DNA of 63,761 nt, filler included, from Aduncisulcus paluster (Eukaryota), in NCBI GenBank assembly GCA_024181965.1. It is 5 parts of 5 records of this genome, joined end to end, with 100 filler letters (N's around TTAATTAATTAA, not from the genome) between each part and the next. Parts side by side here need not be neighbours in the genome. Positions count along the whole stretch, not along the records: positions 60,700 to 63,761 come from BQXS01012601.1; 4 more parts are not named here. One strand, written 5' to 3'. Positions 61,260-63,761 of this stretch are shown here, in pieces; position 1 is the first letter of the stretch; each line of letters opens with the position of its first letter. The notes beneath the pieces were generated by a model, which worked only from the letters and a program-made list of their open reading frames with translations, did not search any database and was not told the origin of the DNA. The position numbers and the translations under genes are program-made.

Positions 61260-61829
61260 AATCGAATGAGAAATGAACCGTTTACAGCTGTAAACCGTTT
61301 ACTACATTTTGAATACTAATAAATTTCAGATCTTTTGAAGTTCACACATGAGTTACCATAAACTTGGCACAATATATCCCAAATAGTGGCACATTCGAAA
61401 CAGCCTGTTCATAACAAACAGTGCGATCACTGACAGCCGAAATATAAACAGAATGGCTCATGAGATGAGAATATATAACGAAAAAGTTGAAAAATCAATT
61501 TAAGATCACTTGGAGAATTGCCAATTCTCCGCTCAGTGAGCTTTAATCCCTCAAATAGCACAAAAAGTATAAATAAGACACCCTATGATTACCAAAATTA
61601 ACATTAAAGATTATTGTTCACACTTTTTACATCTAAATGTTATTGATTGCTCCAAAAAAATTGCAAAATAGATAATAATGTAACATTGACTTTGTGGAAA
61701 TATGTATAAAATTAATGTAAATGGGAATTTTTGTTTTTTATTTGAAAAAGAGTTGAATGGAATTCTCACTCCTCATTATTGACATACCGAGATGAGGAAT
61801 TCCTTTTTTGTCACATACAAACCATAATA

Positions 61830-63761
61830 ATGATGCAAAAGGTAAAAAAAAGAAAGAAGACTTTCCCTTCAGAAAGTATTGATAGTGAAAAAGTTACTGA
61901 AAAAAGAATTGCACCTTCTAGCATTTCTTCCACATCCAGCGTCCATGTTGGAGATCTTGAAGAATATATCAGCGACATTCGAAGAGCTGGTGATGAATAT
62001 AAGGAACTTATTGATTCCCGTGATGCTGAGCTCATTAAATTGGCAAATAGTTGGACAAGGGGTATGCAAGGTATGGCGCAACAAAGAACTGATATCGATG
62101 TACTTAAGCGAGAAATTGAAGATTTACGATTTCAATTGGATATTAATCGTGAAACGATGGAATCAATTATTCATGAGAAAACTTCTAGACTCTACATGAA
62201 CTTCTATGGAGGTGAAGGCTCTCTTGATTTGCTCTCCATTAAAAGAATCATTAAGGACATTAAAACATGGTTGGAAGACTACAGAAAGAAAAGAGAGGAA
62301 TTGTTACAAATTCGAAGTCAGATAGAATACTTGAATTTTATCCACACACAATTGGACCAGGAAATTGGCAAATTTGGGACTCATGACGAAATAGACAGTT
62401 TCTTGGAGACTGAATCTATCCTTGATTCAACTCAAAGCAAAGCTAAAGCCGTATCAGAGTCTATTATGGTAAAAATGAATTCTCAGCGGGAAAAAAAGAG
62501 AGAAATGGAACGATTACACGATGAAATTGAACAAATCAACAAATTAATTGCTAGAGTTACCACTAAACTGGAAGCTATCATGTCATTTTCATTTTCAATC
62601 GAGGGTCTCAGTGAAGTGGATCAATATCGAACTAGGATGTTAAAAATCGTTGAATCTATGCAAAGTATTTCGATTGATGATTCTTTTACGCATATTCATG
62701 ACTATTTGACGAAAACTGAGGAGTATCTAAGTGTAGCTTCCGGGGAAAAGGCAAGGGAGAGAGAGACAACGGGATTTATGGATGCCGAAGGGGAGGAAGG
62801 AGAAGAAACAAGACATAAAGAAAAACTTCTGACGGAAGAGAAAGCCGAAAGCGAGGCCCATCTCAATTTGATGATCCAACTCAAGGCTGGTTATGCTCAG
62901 GATCACCAAGAAATAGCTGCCTCGGGAAATATATATGGTGCTGCTAGAAATTTACTCTATCTACGGACCCTTGAGCATTCAACTTCAAAGAGTTTGGTCG
63001 ATGAGAAGACGAGAATTGTCCTGGAGGAACGAAAGAAGAACCAGAAAGATCTCATTTCTGCACGCCGCACAGAGGGTTACGAGAAAAGCGCTGCGAGTTA
63101 TGACAAAAGGGAGTTTTTGGAGGATTTTGGAGATCTCGATGATTGGTCTAATGAAATTAATGACTCTATTCAATGTATTCACGAAAACTATCTTATCACC
63201 GACTTATATTCGCATCAGAAGCTCCGTGCTCTCGTTGCAGACAAGAAACGGCTTAGTAAGATCAAAGTTGTTGAATTGGGCCTCGATTTGTCCGGTTATC
63301 TTGAAGTAAGAGCTGAAGATCCCGCTGGCTGGACCCAAGAGATGAAATCTGTTCTTTCTTCTCTCTTATCACAATGCTCAACCCTTGTTCTGACTCATTC
63401 TTCCCATCTTGATATGATTCGGAGATTCTGTGGTTTTAAATGCTCACACAAGAAGTTTTCTGAGGTACCATTGTCAGGAACTCTTGACTCTTGTCCTAAA
63501 TTCCCCAATTTAAGGACAGTTGTTCTTTATGGAATCGATCATTACAAGAAATATCCAACAAAAACTGCCCCCGCTTTGTTACATTGTTTGTACTGTCTAT
63601 CTGTCTGTGCGGAGTCTCCTCTGGCTGTCTATTTCTCAAATTGCAATCTATTTATGGCTCTTGACCATGGAATAACTGAGCCATTTGGTTCTCGGAAGAC
63701 ACCTATTGTTCCTTTCTTCCCAAGTGCGAAAAAGATTGTTGCCCTACCCCCGCTGCTGAGA
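61830..63761 (+). CDS. Hypothetical coiled-coil protein (>640 aa), open to the window end
   Basis: Manual translation MMQKVKKRKKTFPSES...DIDVLKREIEDLRFQLDINRE...FPNLRTVVLYGID has no stop through 63761. Absent from the ORF track because it has no stop. Confidence 0.88.
   Translation, partial: MMQKVKKRKKTFPSESIDSEKVTEKRIAPSSISSTSSVHVGDLEEYISDIRRAGDEYKELIDSRDAELIKLANSWTRGMQGMAQQRTDIDVLKREIEDLRFQLDINRETMESIIHEKTSRLYMNFYGGEGSLDLLSIKRIIKDIKTWLEDYRKKREELLQIRSQIEYLNFIHTQLDQEIGKFGTHDEIDSFLETESILDSTQSKAKAVSESIMVKMNSQREKKREMERLHDEIEQINKLIARVTTKLEAIMSFSFSIEGLSEVDQYRTRMLKIVESMQSISIDDSFTHIHDYLTKTEEYLSVASGEKARERETTGFMDAEGEEGEETRHKEKLLTEEKAESEAHLNLMIQLKAGYAQDHQEIAASGNIYGAARNLLYLRTLEHSTSKSLVDEKTRIVLEERKKNQKDLISARRTEGYEKSAASYDKREFLEDFGDLDDWSNEINDSIQCIHENYLITDLYSHQKLRALVADKKRLSKIKVVELGLDLSGYLEVRAEDPAGWTQEMKSVLSSLLSQCSTLVLTHSSHLDMIRRFCGFKCSHKKFSEVPLSGTLDSCPKFPNLRTVVLYGIDHYKKYPTKTAPALLHCLYCLSVCAESPLAVYFSNCNLFMALDHGITEPFGSRKTPIVPFFPSAKKIVALPPLLR

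Noticed and set aside
1..63761. Hexamitid-type TAA/TAG=Gln genetic code
   Set aside because: MAT and V-ATPase G end at TAA at their expected C-termini, and multi-kb ORFs have no internal TAA or TAG.
1..63761. tRNA, rRNA or canonical spliceosomal snRNA genes
   Set aside because: By eye I found no T-loop within a tRNA cloverleaf and no U1, U2, U5 or U6 invariant motifs. Divergent copies cannot be excluded without a covariance search.

Overview
Eukaryotic, AT-rich, nearly intron-free protist DNA in the standard genetic code. The gene families (expanded kinase-plus-helical-repeat proteins, giant LRR/Cys-rich proteins, very short introns) suggest a free-living fornicate/metamonad such as an Aduncisulcus/Carpediemonas-like organism; this is inference only. 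The window is five unrelated scaffolds joined by artificial N44-TTAATTAATTAA-N44 linkers, and 20-N gaps with duplicated flanks split several genes. Recognisable genes: S-adenosylmethionine synthetase (3' part), an intron-split Sec61-beta missed by the ORF track, V-ATPase subunit G, Not4/CNOT4, an EH-domain trafficking adaptor, a cystinosin-like transporter, a START-domain protein, two paralogous kinases and two LRR/EGF-like surface proteins. Mobile-element relics are one Ty3/Gypsy fragment and two RLE-type non-LTR fragments, one with a 24-bp target-site duplication. Best leads: (1) a 2,000-aa kinase whose ~1-kb near-identical helical repeats vary mostly at helix-face codons, like a diversifying immune or recognition receptor; (2) a modular LRR protein with conserved Cys caps and divergent LRRs; (3) a four-way-junction RNA structure just 3' of the SAM synthetase stop; (4) a hairpin-dense intergenic block at 21.85-22.45 kb; (5) a possible 3-nt microexon.
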